A DNA stretch of 64,000 nt from Candidatus Bathyarchaeota archaeon (lineage in GTDB: Archaea; Thermoproteota; Bathyarchaeia; 40CM-2-53-6; RBG-13-38-9). The position numbers were made by a program, and so were the translations under genes. The notes beneath the pieces were generated by a model that saw only the letters and a program-made list of their open reading frames with translations, did not search any database and had not been told where the DNA came from. This document shows positions 19,839 through 29,273 of the stretch, piece after piece (the first letter of the stretch is position 1; each line of letters begins with the position of its first letter). Location: assembly GCA_963807605.1 (NCBI GenBank), contig CAWECG010000003.1, positions 384,001 through 448,000 of the forward strand, given 5' to 3'.

Positions 19839-21542
19839 GTGGCCGACGATCACTTGGATGATTATGCAAAGTGGGAGAGATGGGCGTACGAGCAGAGGTA
19901 CGGACAGGGAAGCTGGGACGCAGACCACAGCGTGAGTGAGGACACAAGGACAGAAGGACACGCAGGTTTCCGAGATTACAAAGATCCTTTCAAGACATAT
20001 TGGAGCGACGAGCATTCTATCGGCATTTTGGAGAGGGATAGGAAGTTCATCGGAGTTGCTTGCATAGTTGCCAAGGAAGTTGTAGACAAGGAGAGTTTTG
20101 TCAGAAGGTTCGGATTGAGCTTTGAGAAGGACATTCAATGGAAAGCTGCCGCTAGTCTTCTAGATCATCTCTCAAGATCTCCTTTGTTCAAAGCAGTTCT
20201 CGTCACAGTCAACAAGGTTCCTTTCAAGCTTGAGCCAGATGTACCTGAGGAATTGCAGGGAAGAACGAACTGGTCAAAGAGAAATTACGAGTTCCATAAA
20301 GACAAAGCTGACACGTTTAAGCTCCAACTTGAACAGCAGAGGAATTCTCCTGTGTTTGGCGGGCCTTTTCCAAAATATTTGCCAAAGCAGATGAAGGAAG
20401 AGGAAGATTATGCCAAGAAGTTCCTCGAACTGTCCAAAAGCCTGGAGATGCAGGCTCAAGAACATCTCAAACAGTATTTCTTGATAAAGGAAAACCTGTT
20501 TGTTGCTGCTCTGTTTCTCTACGTCTACACAAACCCATCCGATGACTTTAATCAAACTGTTAACGACATCCTTGCCAGAAGAAGAGCAGCCGAGATTGAA
20601 GCGAACCTGACTTACTTCGTCAAATGCTCGCCAGTCAAAGACCCTATAATCGCTCTCAGACCGGAGTTTTTTCTTCTTTGGGACGAGGTCCAACCATACT
20701 ACTCCTTAGCCCTAGCAGACGATTGCGCAGGTTTCGGCTCAAACAAAGAGATAGCGGCGATCATGAGGAAGATGTTTACTTCCGCATTAGAACTTCCAAA
20801 GGAAGAGTCAATCGAAGAACAAATTCACATACCTTCAGAGGAAGTCAGCCTCGAAGGACCAAGAAAGGCATTGCTTGGGTACATTGTCGAATCTGTTGTC
20901 AAGGGCAAGATTACAAAAAGGAGAGTGTACTTTCCTCTTGACGTTCTGACCGGACATGGAATAATCTTCGGTAAGACACGTGTGGGTAAGAGCTTTTTTT
21001 CCTTGATATTGATTCAGGAAGCTTTGGCAAATGGGATAAGAGTTGTTGTGTTCGACCCACACGGGACTCTGGCTAACAGACTGAAGGAGAATGAATTACT
21101 AAAAGTAGTGTACACTAAAGGAAAGGCAGACATCACAAGCGAACTGGAAGAGATCTACCAAGATGCTTCTGCTTGGCCTGAAACAAACGAACTGAAATTA
21201 CTAGTTGTACTTGATGAGACCAGGCTGTTAAGAGCGAAGAATCTTGCCCAATGTTTGAATGAACTAGGTAAACGGGGTTTAGGCTTCATTCTTGTGACGC
21301 AGTACTCGACGAGCATTCCACCTGAGGCAAGAAATCTTGGAACTTACTTTATCATGGCAGCCATGAGCGAGACTGAGATTCAACGCTTTAAGGAAGTGAC
21401 TCTACATCCAAGTTCAAAGTTGATAACAAGATTACCTAGGGCGACGAGTTTTATCTTTAGTCCCTACTGGTATCCTGAGCCGTTCTTTGTTAGACATCGA
21501 AAGATGACCGAGAGCAAGGTCTCAGGAGATGCTGTCAAATAG
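19839..21542 (+). CDS. DUF87/HerA-FtsK-VirB4-like P-loop ATPase
   Basis: HGIIFGKTRVGKS, VVVFDPHG, LVVLDE, ILVTQ. Confidence 0.8.
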   Translation: MADDHLDDYAKWERWAYEQRYGQGSWDADHSVSEDTRTEGHAGFRDYKDPFKTYWSDEHSIGILERDRKFIGVACIVAKEVVDKESFVRRFGLSFEKDIQWKAAASLLDHLSRSPLFKAVLVTVNKVPFKLEPDVPEELQGRTNWSKRNYEFHKDKADTFKLQLEQQRNSPVFGGPFPKYLPKQMKEEEDYAKKFLELSKSLEMQAQEHLKQYFLIKENLFVAALFLYVYTNPSDDFNQTVNDILARRRAAEIEANLTYFVKCSPVKDPIIALRPEFFLLWDEVQPYYSLALADDCAGFGSNKEIAAIMRKMFTSALELPKEESIEEQIHIPSEEVSLEGPRKALLGYIVESVVKGKITKRRVYFPLDVLTGHGIIFGKTRVGKSFFSLILIQEALANGIRVVVFDPHGTLANRLKENELLKVVYTKGKADITSELEEIYQDASAWPETNELKLLVVLDETRLLRAKNLAQCLNELGKRGLGFILVTQYSTSIPPEARNLGTYFIMAAMSETEIQRFKEVTLHPSSKLITRLPRATSFIFSPYWYPEPFFVRHRKMTESKVSGDAVK

Positions 21543-23021
21543 CGATCCATTCATTTCATGGCAACAGGAAGGACATCTGAATACGTCCATCGTATCCCCT
21601 CGCAGTGCGCCGCAAGCTGGACAGCGTCCTAAGGTCAATTTGCGGAAAGGAAACAGCAGTAACACACCTAATGTGATCATCAAGATGAACAGCAGATCTG
21701 GAGTGATAACTGCCGAGATGAAGAATACGATCAGTACCAGTTCCACCAGCAGAAACTTAGTATTCTTTGAGAAATATGGGTACGCGAACAATATCATTGT
21801 CATCACAAATGCAAGGAGAAGAGCAAGAGCAATCAAGGAGATCATGAGTACGGCGTTCAAAGCTGAAGCCAAGACAAGATCAGCGATAGCTCTTACTGCG
21901 TAGGTTTGGTAGCCAAGAAAGCCAATAGCGACACCGGCCAAGAATTTCAGGAGCTGAAGGAACAGTCTCAATCCCTTCATGGCCACTAGGAAAAAGAAAG
22001 GTAGAAACATTGTAGAAAAGAGAGTGAAGCTTGTTGTCAGTAAAGCGACTTCAGGAAGCAAAGTCACATTCCAAGCAAACTTGAAAGAGATCAGGGAGAT
22101 ACTGACACCAGATCTGAAAAACGCAAGGAGCAAACCCAGTGTCAATCCATACTCAATTCTGGGAATAAAGAGCCAACTATTGTCCCGCAGCATCTTGATT
22201 CTCTCTATGGCAGTTGGTCCTCCTTTGATCTTCTCCTGCCAACTACCTTTAGTAACGAACAGTTGAAGGTTCAAAATGAGTTTCATTGTTGTTTTTTGGA
22301 GTGAAGCAACTCTTGCATCTGCATAAGCTTCTCTAACCCTCAAGAGTTGACCATTCACTAGATAGATTGCCAGCGTCGGCACTAGATATAGCTCCCTCAA
22401 CCAGAACGAATGAAAATCGAAGAAGAATTCTGACACAAACGGTCGTGTCGCAAGAAAAAAGGTCGCGTGAACGATCAGAAGAATCAGGTAAGACTTTATC
22501 AACTTCTCCGCAATCGTATGTTTCACAAGATCCCTGTTTTTCAAATGAGAAAGCTCGTGAAGCATTGTTGATTCGACAAACTCGCGCTTTACGTAGAACA
22601 TCTTGCAAAACCCTTCACTAAGTGTCAAGTAGGTTTCTCTATGGTTTCCAAAGATCACTGCCCGGTAGTCTGTAGCATTTGACCACAAGATGGTTGGCGA
22701 GGATACATCTATCTCTCCGGAAAGCTGGTCTACGAAATTACGCAGCTCCGGACATCTTGAGTCGATTCTTTCGAGGTGCTGTTTTCTTATCTTCCTTTGA
22801 GGATCGTAAAGATAGAACAATAACGTAAGCAATGTCAAACCCATAACTGTTAAAAGCGAAAATGACGCGAAAATGATTTTTCCTACGATGCTGGTAGCCA
22901 GCGGGATTAGTCCGACATAAAGTGCTCCTATACTTATCGCTGGAGATACAGCAGTGATTACCAAAATGATGAACAAGATAGTATGATATGATGGAAAGGC
23001 GAATGGGTTTAGCCTATTCAT
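21522..23021 (-). CDS. M48 (HtpX-like) membrane metalloprotease with C-terminal zinc ribbon
   Basis: LHELSH, REAYAD, many TMs, CPAC...CPSC. Confidence 0.82.
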   Translation of the reverse strand: MNRLNPFAFPSYHTILFIILVITAVSPAISIGALYVGLIPLATSIVGKIIFASFSLLTVMGLTLLTLLFYLYDPQRKIRKQHLERIDSRCPELRNFVDQLSGEIDVSSPTILWSNATDYRAVIFGNHRETYLTLSEGFCKMFYVKREFVESTMLHELSHLKNRDLVKHTIAEKLIKSYLILLIVHATFFLATRPFVSEFFFDFHSFWLRELYLVPTLAIYLVNGQLLRVREAYADARVASLQKTTMKLILNLQLFVTKGSWQEKIKGGPTAIERIKMLRDNSWLFIPRIEYGLTLGLLLAFFRSGVSISLISFKFAWNVTLLPEVALLTTSFTLFSTMFLPFFFLVAMKGLRLFLQLLKFLAGVAIGFLGYQTYAVRAIADLVLASALNAVLMISLIALALLLAFVMTMILFAYPYFSKNTKFLLVELVLIVFFISAVITPDLLFILMITLGVLLLFPFRKLTLGRCPACGALRGDTMDVFRCPSCCHEMNGSLFDSIS

Positions 23022-23150
23022 CTCTCAGATCTCTCCATAACAAGCTCTTAATATCCTCGACAGCCAAGAGTATTTCCAGATACCTCTCCCTCAGCAATTG
23101 CACTGTCACTTGCTTGTTCTGGCTTTTTGTTTTCTGGCGTTCGTTAAAGC

Positions 23151-24749
23151 TCAGATTGCAGCTGTTGGACGCTCCCAGCCATCTAGAGTTATGAAGAATT
23201 CTTGGTTGATGGGATGCGAGCAATGCCGACATCGAAAAAGACTGAAAGGGACGATCGACTTACGACAGAACGGACACTTCGCATACTTGTTGGACATTAA
23301 TAAGAGACTCAAGCCAAAGAGAAGCACTGTAATTCCAATCGCGTAAAGAGCCGGCTCGCCCAAGTTTAGGATATGGATAAGCCATCCCATAGGTAGAAGA
23401 ACCAGAACAAAGTTGGGAATAAGTAACTTCAACTGCGGCCCAAGGTTAAGAGAAAAGAAAGAGAGACTGAACTGAAGTAGAAGCTTCTGAATAAGCAAGA
23501 ACATGTACGTGGCTATGAAGAGATAGAGCAACAGATCAATCCCCGGACGGAGCGGCAAGATCGTCAAAGTAAGCACTGAAGTCAACACTATGCTGATCTT
23601 CAAGGGCGTCACAAATGTATGGAAAAGGTCTTGTCGAGTGTTCCGAATGTTGCTGAGAATTGAGACCCAGAATGGCAAGCACATCAATAGGAAAATGAAA
23701 TAATTGGTTGCAAGAAAGAAAACACCTACAAACATAGAGAATGGCAGATATCCGATCACATTCCACACGATGGCCAAAGAGCCGAGAGAGAGAAAGCCAG
23801 ACAACCACGAAAATCCGCTAACCGCCGCGCAGATGAGTCCTCTTTCAATAGTGTGCCTGAAAATGTCTTGCTTTATGATTTTGATCCTTCGTGCTGAAGT
23901 TAGAAGAAAGGGAGAAAATAGTCTCGCAGGGAAGCTTGACTGTGGGAATCCGCTGAAAAAGCTTAGCACGTTGAGCATATTTCTGTCGGTTTTCTCAATA
24001 CATATAGTTCTGGCATCCGCGTAGATCTCTCTCCATCTTGCTATGACGTTGTTCAGATAGAAGACCGCAACAAGGGGAATCAGATAGACCAGCATAACCG
24101 CCGGCAACCAGTCAAGAATAAGATTATGGCTAGAAATTAGGGCAAAGAAAATACTGACAAAAGTGACCACAGCAAACGATCTCCATAGGCTTTCAGCGAT
24201 TTCATGTTGCACGAGATCTCTATTCTTGATATGTGATAGCTCGTGAATCAGAATCGTCTCTACCAAGGATTGAAAAGTGTGCCACTTTTCGCAGAGCCCG
24301 GTTGAAATCAAAAGCCTACCATGCTTTTCGGAGCCAAAGGCCAATGCATTTATTTCTGCACTATCGACGTAGAATGTCTCAGGAGTCTGCAAGTTCATTC
24401 GTTCGCACAGTTGTCGAAGAAGCGTAAGGATCTCTGGACGCTGGACTTCAAGCTTGTATTGTCCATATTTTTTCATCCTGCTTTTGATTGTGTGAGTGTA
24501 GAAAACATATGTCAGGACGGGAAACAGAAAGAGGTTGAACGGCGCAAGAACGATCAGAGGATACCTAGCAGGGTCCAACGTAAAAAGGGGATACAGGAAA
24601 TATGTAATGACTGAAACAGCTAGACTAGAAGCTGGGCCAACAAGAGACATCAACATATAGACGAAGTAAAGCGTTAGTTCTGATGGGAAGACGAATGGGT
24701 TAAGTAGCTTCCTTTCCTTCGCAGGATCCTCGACGCTGCACGAGTTCAA
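23151..24749 (-). CDS. M48 membrane metalloprotease paralog with C-terminal zinc ribbon
   Basis: INALAFG, IHELSHIKNRD, REIYAD, CPFC...CRHC; shares the LNPFxFPS start with its neighbour. Confidence 0.82.
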   Translation of the reverse strand: MNSCSVEDPAKERKLLNPFVFPSELTLYFVYMLMSLVGPASSLAVSVITYFLYPLFTLDPARYPLIVLAPFNLFLFPVLTYVFYTHTIKSRMKKYGQYKLEVQRPEILTLLRQLCERMNLQTPETFYVDSAEINALAFGSEKHGRLLISTGLCEKWHTFQSLVETILIHELSHIKNRDLVQHEIAESLWRSFAVVTFVSIFFALISSHNLILDWLPAVMLVYLIPLVAVFYLNNVIARWREIYADARTICIEKTDRNMLNVLSFFSGFPQSSFPARLFSPFLLTSARRIKIIKQDIFRHTIERGLICAAVSGFSWLSGFLSLGSLAIVWNVIGYLPFSMFVGVFFLATNYFIFLLMCLPFWVSILSNIRNTRQDLFHTFVTPLKISIVLTSVLTLTILPLRPGIDLLLYLFIATYMFLLIQKLLLQFSLSFFSLNLGPQLKLLIPNFVLVLLPMGWLIHILNLGEPALYAIGITVLLFGLSLLLMSNKYAKCPFCRKSIVPFSLFRCRHCSHPINQEFFITLDGWERPTAAI

Positions 24750-25546
24750 GAACTACACACAATCTTCTTCAGTCTGCGCAAGCGTTCCTCAACAAGCGTT
24801 TGTTTTCCCAGATATCTTTCTCTCAATATTTCGTAGTAATTCTTGCTCACTCTGCCTTCGCTGAAGCCCTGTTCTAATTGTCTCAGTGTATTCTTGATAT
24901 TGTACAGTTGACTGTTGAAATCCGTAACATCCTCGATCAGGGAGAGAAACCTTTCCTCCTTTTCATGCTCATCCTCTATGGATATCGCTGCAACTAGTTG
25001 GCCTATGTCATCCGCAGACATGAAGTGCAGCTCTCTCTCGCTGAACGCCGACCTGTAGTGAATAGCCATCTCCTTAATTCTTTTTCTTAGAGTGTGGAGT
25101 CGTTCTTCTAGATCATTCTCAGTGATCTGACCCTTTGCAAAACTTACGTAAATCTCATCCCATTCTTTAGCTATCACTTTTCTCTGGTGCTTTAGCCAAT
25201 CCGTGTTTATTTGACTCTTCAATTCCTCAGAATAATCCTCGGATTTCAGTATGTTTTCAGGTGGCTCAATCAGAACCTTTCCATCTTCCTGAATGAAACA
25301 TATGGGGAAACTATCAATGCATTTCCCCGCCTTCTTGTCATGAGGTACATCATATCTTACTTTTCTCCAATGCTCCTCAACTATCACTATCGGTATTGTT
25401 ACTTTAGCTGAACCGCCGCTGGGAATGGCGACCCGCATGTCTACGTACCGAAGTTTCATGCTTAACCCTACCAGGGGAACCATGATAAAATTCCATCGAT
25501 GACCGGTAACAATAGCAGAACGGTAACATCGCTCTTCTGACCGCAA
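24746..25546 (-). CDS. hypothetical coiled-coil protein (two SHOCT-like G.I/VS..Y motifs)
   Basis: KGQITENDL, EGRVSKNYYE; 4-bp overlap with the M48 gene; true start uncertain. Confidence 0.6.
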   Translation of the reverse strand: MRSEERCYRSAIVTGHRWNFIMVPLVGLSMKLRYVDMRVAIPSGGSAKVTIPIVIVEEHWRKVRYDVPHDKKAGKCIDSFPICFIQEDGKVLIEPPENILKSEDYSEELKSQINTDWLKHQRKVIAKEWDEIYVSFAKGQITENDLEERLHTLRKRIKEMAIHYRSAFSERELHFMSADDIGQLVAAISIEDEHEKEERFLSLIEDVTDFNSQLYNIKNTLRQLEQGFSEGRVSKNYYEILRERYLGKQTLVEERLRRLKKIVCSS

Positions 25547-25599
25547 GGTTGTAAAAATGCGTAGTTCTAGCTAACAGAGCCTCTTCTACATTGCTCATT

Positions 25600-25626
25600 T
25601 TCGGTAATATCCCATAAGTTACCGAA
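25600..25626. promoter_or_regulatory. inverted repeat TTCGGTAA-N11-TTACCGAA in a divergent promoter region
   Basis: Perfect 8-bp arms at 25600-25607 and 25619-25626. Confidence 0.45.
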
Positions 25627-25662
25627 GCTTCAAGACCTCATCGCACTCTATAGCGAGAAAAA

Positions 25663-26130
25663 ATGAACCCGAACAATGGAAGGTCTCCCGGAAATGGCAG
25701 AAGGAGACTCAAGGATTTCCTGAGGCAACTCAGGGTCCTAACGCCTGGCGCTTTGGTGCGATGGAATACTATAGCTGCAATCATAGAAATCCTACTAGGA
25801 AAGTTGAAAGTTGGAATGATTTACAATAGGACGTTCGCGCGGCCATGGGAACTAAAAGACTATGAAATCAAGCCAGGAAGCGCACTCACCATTATTAGAA
25901 GACTGGTCAAGTTGAATATCCTTGAACCTCTTGACCGCAAAGTTGAACCTCCTGAGGTTCAACTTTCCAAGAACGGTTTGCTGAAACTAAACGAAGAGTT
26001 AGAGATATGGCACGAAGTTTTCAGGCTCACTAACGGGTTCCTACTGGAGAGACCTATGCTGCAAGTGCTCGGCGAGAGACTTGACGAACTCCAAAGATTG
26101 ATCGAAGGCACGGAAGAAAGCCAATCCTAA
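25663..26130 (+). CDS. putative winged-helix protein
   Basis: PGSALTIIRRLVKLNIL...VQLSKNG pattern. Confidence 0.55.
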   Translation: MNPNNGRSPGNGRRRLKDFLRQLRVLTPGALVRWNTIAAIIEILLGKLKVGMIYNRTFARPWELKDYEIKPGSALTIIRRLVKLNILEPLDRKVEPPEVQLSKNGLLKLNEELEIWHEVFRLTNGFLLERPMLQVLGERLDELQRLIEGTEESQS

Positions 26131-26589
26131 AGTTAGAATATTGGGATGTCTTCGCAGCGGATACCAATCACTTGGAACGTATATATCTGTGGTGCCATAC
26201 TTCTCTAACGCAAACTCATTGAGCAGTTTCCTAACCTTTGCCATTTGGCTGAACTCAAACCATATTCTCCCAGCTTCCCCTGAAGGGCCATACTCATACA
26301 TATCCTTGTAGGTTCTATCTAGTTCCTCAAACTCTTCTGGAGTGTAGCCATGGCGAACCAATAGTAACGGATAAGGCTTTTCTAAGAAACCTGTTACGTC
26401 TCGCTCCATTGTTTCTGCGTTATCAGAGTGTATGTCTAACACCCAACCAGCATCGTATTCTTTTAACAACTTACTGAATATTCTCTTTCCAGGTGACTCC
26501 TTAACGATAATTCCATCTAAATGAAGGTTATCCAGTGCAAGAGCTATGTCCCTGCCATACTCTTCTATTGGATGATGATAGCTATGCAA
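26041..26589 (-). CDS. hypothetical protein, possibly M14/deacylase-like fold
   Basis: HHPIE and VLDIHSD motifs; start uncertain. Confidence 0.45.
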   Translation of the reverse strand: MHSYHHPIEEYGRDIALALDNLHLDGIIVKESPGKRIFSKLLKEYDAGWVLDIHSDNAETMERDVTGFLEKPYPLLLVRHGYTPEEFEELDRTYKDMYEYGPSGEAGRIWFEFSQMAKVRKLLNEFALEKYGTTDIYVPSDWYPLRRHPNILTLGLAFFRAFDQSLEFVKSLAEHLQHRSLQ

Positions 26590-26780
26590 GACGAGCAGGT
26601 TCTTCTTCTTTTCATCTCTGATGGAATCACCTTTGAAAATTTTTCAGCTAATAAAAATCTTTTAGAGGTTGTAAATTGGCTAGCCTCTAAAATCATTTCA
26701 AAAAATGGGCTTTTAACTATAAATAGATGTTTTTCAGTTCATTTTTTCTTAATCAAATGCGTACGCTTCTCCGATGATAA

Positions 26781-26966
26781 ATGCCAGAAGCAGAAGTTAT
26801 TGGTTTAATGGAGACCAAACTAGAAGCCTTTGACTGCCCACTTTGCTCCTCAAGTCTAAACGAACACCTCAAAGGACCTGCCACCCTCTTCACTTGTCCT
26901 AACTGCGGCTTTAAGATACTAACGACTAGAAAACACTTCTCAAAATGTTTCAAAGAGGTATCGTGA
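26781..26966 (+). CDS. small zinc-ribbon protein
   Basis: CPLC...CPNC. Confidence 0.5.
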   Translation: MPEAEVIGLMETKLEAFDCPLCSSSLNEHLKGPATLFTCPNCGFKILTTRKHFSKCFKEVS

Positions 26967-27075
26967 TCAGATCGTGAGAGAAGATGCGATACTGCCGTAG
27001 CGAATACTCAATTCAGCGAGCGCGCGCTATGACTGGTCATGCTCATACTCAAGAGAAGAGAAAGGAAGCAAAGAA

Positions 27076-27240
27076 ATGAGAGATATTCCGGATAACAGCG
27101 TTTTAGTGGTAGACAAGAAACGTTTTCACTTATGGGCTGTCGAAACTCGAAATTCTCTGCAAGAAAAGAGAAACGAAATCGACCAAGACATAGAGTTGAT
27201 TGATCGCTACCTCCACAGTGAGCATATCCAAGAAAATTAA
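27076..27240 (+). CDS. small hypothetical protein (54 aa)
   Basis: ATG..TAA ORF MRDIPDNSVLVVDKKRFHLWAVETRNSLQEKRNEIDQDIELIDRYL. Confidence 0.4.
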   Translation: MRDIPDNSVLVVDKKRFHLWAVETRNSLQEKRNEIDQDIELIDRYLHSEHIQEN

Positions 27241-27266
27241 GACCTCAGTCTTCGTTACATATGTAA

Positions 27267-28058
27267 GTGTTCACGGGCTCGCTGGTTGTGATGAAGCCTT
27301 TTATTTTGGTGAAGGTTAGGGCGAGCTCCCAATACTCCGCATGTAAGATTGAGGATACAGAATACAAACGCGTTATACTATTTAAAATTCCACCCGAGAT
27401 CAGAAGGGAGCTGGAGTCTTGGAGGAGTAGACTCAGTCAAGAGCTAAAACATCGTGGCATATATTGGAAGACTCTGGGAGTAACACTGTACCCTCATTCA
27501 TCCAAAGATAAGATCGTGGAGATTGTCTCTAGTTTCGAAAAAGAATACTACAAAATCATAGACGAAATAGAAGATGACTCAATAAGGAGTAAATTTCGTT
27601 TTTCAGTTATCCACGGACAGTTTTTGCCTTTACAGCCTTATTTTTCGAAGTTCATATCACAGTTCTTGAACGATGCATTGACAACTCTTAAACGACAAGT
27701 AGAGGTGTTACGTACAAAAGTTGGAGTGCAAGATGCTTTTATCAGTCTAGTGAGGTCCGTTGAAGAAGCTCTTATGGACGTGGAAAACAAAAGACTTGAT
27801 TCGATCTTCAGTTGGGGGCGTGAAAACATCATACTGTTCTCAAACCTGCTCGCCTTGCTGGTCTACGCACCTCTGGAAGCCAAGCAAATTCGTAGTCTAA
27901 GGGCAGACTTAACCAAGCTTCGAGGGTTCATACTGGACCTTATCCCGGGGTTGTGTTCAGTTCTTGACTTGACAATATCTTTGATATCAAAAGCCGAAGT
28001 TGAGGGCAATCTGAGCCAAGAAGAAATCTTAGAGAATTTAGAAGCACTGGCAATCTGA
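27267..28058 (+). CDS. hypothetical protein
   Basis: 263-aa ORF, helical C-terminal half. Confidence 0.65.
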   Translation: MFTGSLVVMKPFILVKVRASSQYSACKIEDTEYKRVILFKIPPEIRRELESWRSRLSQELKHRGIYWKTLGVTLYPHSSKDKIVEIVSSFEKEYYKIIDEIEDDSIRSKFRFSVIHGQFLPLQPYFSKFISQFLNDALTTLKRQVEVLRTKVGVQDAFISLVRSVEEALMDVENKRLDSIFSWGRENIILFSNLLALLVYAPLEAKQIRSLRADLTKLRGFILDLIPGLCSVLDLTISLISKAEVEGNLSQEEILENLEALAI

Positions 28059-28303
28059 TCTTTAAGAAATGATGATAAGAAGGTACAGCGGGTAGAGAGC
28101 TTCAAGAAGTATTTTAGTTCTGACTAGAACCAGCTTCTGATAATAGCTTTTCTGACATTACCAGACTTTACGTTCCTTCACATGCCCATCCCAATTTTTG
28201 ATATCCAGCAATCGCTCTTGCGAGTGGTTACTGGCCTGGTAGGCTCCTCAGGATACAGCCAGCAATGGCTGTTTGAAAGCGAGCCAAGAAAGAGGTGAAA
28301 AAT

Positions 28304-28984
28304 ATGGTATATCGAAAAGTTGTGCCGCAGGGCCTTTTGAACCAGAACAGAGTTGTCGTCGAGGGATCTCCGGATGAATGTCTTCCAAGCGGACAGGTGT
28401 ACGTTTCACCAGCGTCTGGAAGAGTATACAACCGAGACAAAGGCGATAAGCTAGCGAACCTACCGCAGGACGCAACTGAGATCCCAAAGACAACCTGGTG
28501 GTTGAAGGCCCCGCAACTGTGGAGAGGGAGAGGAGCAGACAAAGCTCCTCAAACCCCTTTTCCAGTTCCAAAGTCTGTCGCGGAAGCAAGTCAGGAGACA
28601 CATTGGTACTTCACTCCAATCGGAATAGAGCGACTCAAAACCGAATACCAAGAGATGAAACGATACTTTCCAGACTTCGAGCTGTACCAAGACGACCTTG
28701 GCATGCTGTTGTGGATGGGCAAACTCGAAGGCTTGGGCGAAATAAGACTTCACTATCCTGCCGATTATCCAATCAGTCCTTTCAACGTAGCCGTGATGGA
28801 CACAACTGAATCAAAGGATGTCAAATTGAACGAAAAGATATCTGAGTACAGAACACTCGGCATCACACCGACCGGCGCATTGATCGTGGTTTTGAGATTT
28901 TTCCTAAAGGAGAGAGGAGCAAATGTGGTATCAGACAATCCAAGGACAGAGGAGACTCCAAGTAGAGATAGAACAGATGCGTAG
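28304..28984 (+). CDS. candidate ubiquitin-like N-domain fused to a Cys-less E2/UBC-like (UEV-like) domain
   Basis: GAGGTGA before ATG 28304; ERLKTEYQEMKRYFPDF...WMGKL...YPADYPISP is a UBC-fold signature; no Cys in this domain. Confidence 0.65.
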   Translation: MVYRKVVPQGLLNQNRVVVEGSPDECLPSGQVYVSPASGRVYNRDKGDKLANLPQDATEIPKTTWWLKAPQLWRGRGADKAPQTPFPVPKSVAEASQETHWYFTPIGIERLKTEYQEMKRYFPDFELYQDDLGMLLWMGKLEGLGEIRLHYPADYPISPFNVAVMDTTESKDVKLNEKISEYRTLGITPTGALIVVLRFFLKERGANVVSDNPRTEETPSRDRTDA

Positions 28985-29273
28985 GAATACTTCATTCTCG
29001 CTCAATCGAGACGATGAAAACGGAAAGCTTGCTTGGAAAGGCCATCTTGGCGGCCACGAAATTCTGCTTGAGTATTCTGACAGTCATCCGGGCGAAAAGA
29101 TGCGAGTATACGTATCGAACCCGCGACTGCCATCCGTTAACCTTCACATCCATTCTGACGGCACTATCTGTTACATGAAGGATCAAGAGTGGAGCCCTGA
29201 CTGGACTGCGTATACTGTCTATCTGACAATAATCAGGTTTCTGGATGATTTCCACAGAGGCAGAATGATATGA
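28923..29273 (+). CDS. E2 ubiquitin-conjugating enzyme-like protein
   Basis: RRLQVEIEQM, WKGHL, HIHSDGTICY (catalytic Cys), EWSPDWT. Confidence 0.82.
   Translation: MWYQTIQGQRRLQVEIEQMRRNTSFSLNRDDENGKLAWKGHLGGHEILLEYSDSHPGEKMRVYVSNPRLPSVNLHIHSDGTICYMKDQEWSPDWTAYTVYLTIIRFLDDFHRGRMI

Noticed and set aside
23014-23232. Small ORF between the M48 genes
   Set aside because: Start lies deep in the upstream gene and there is no motif; cannot be supported
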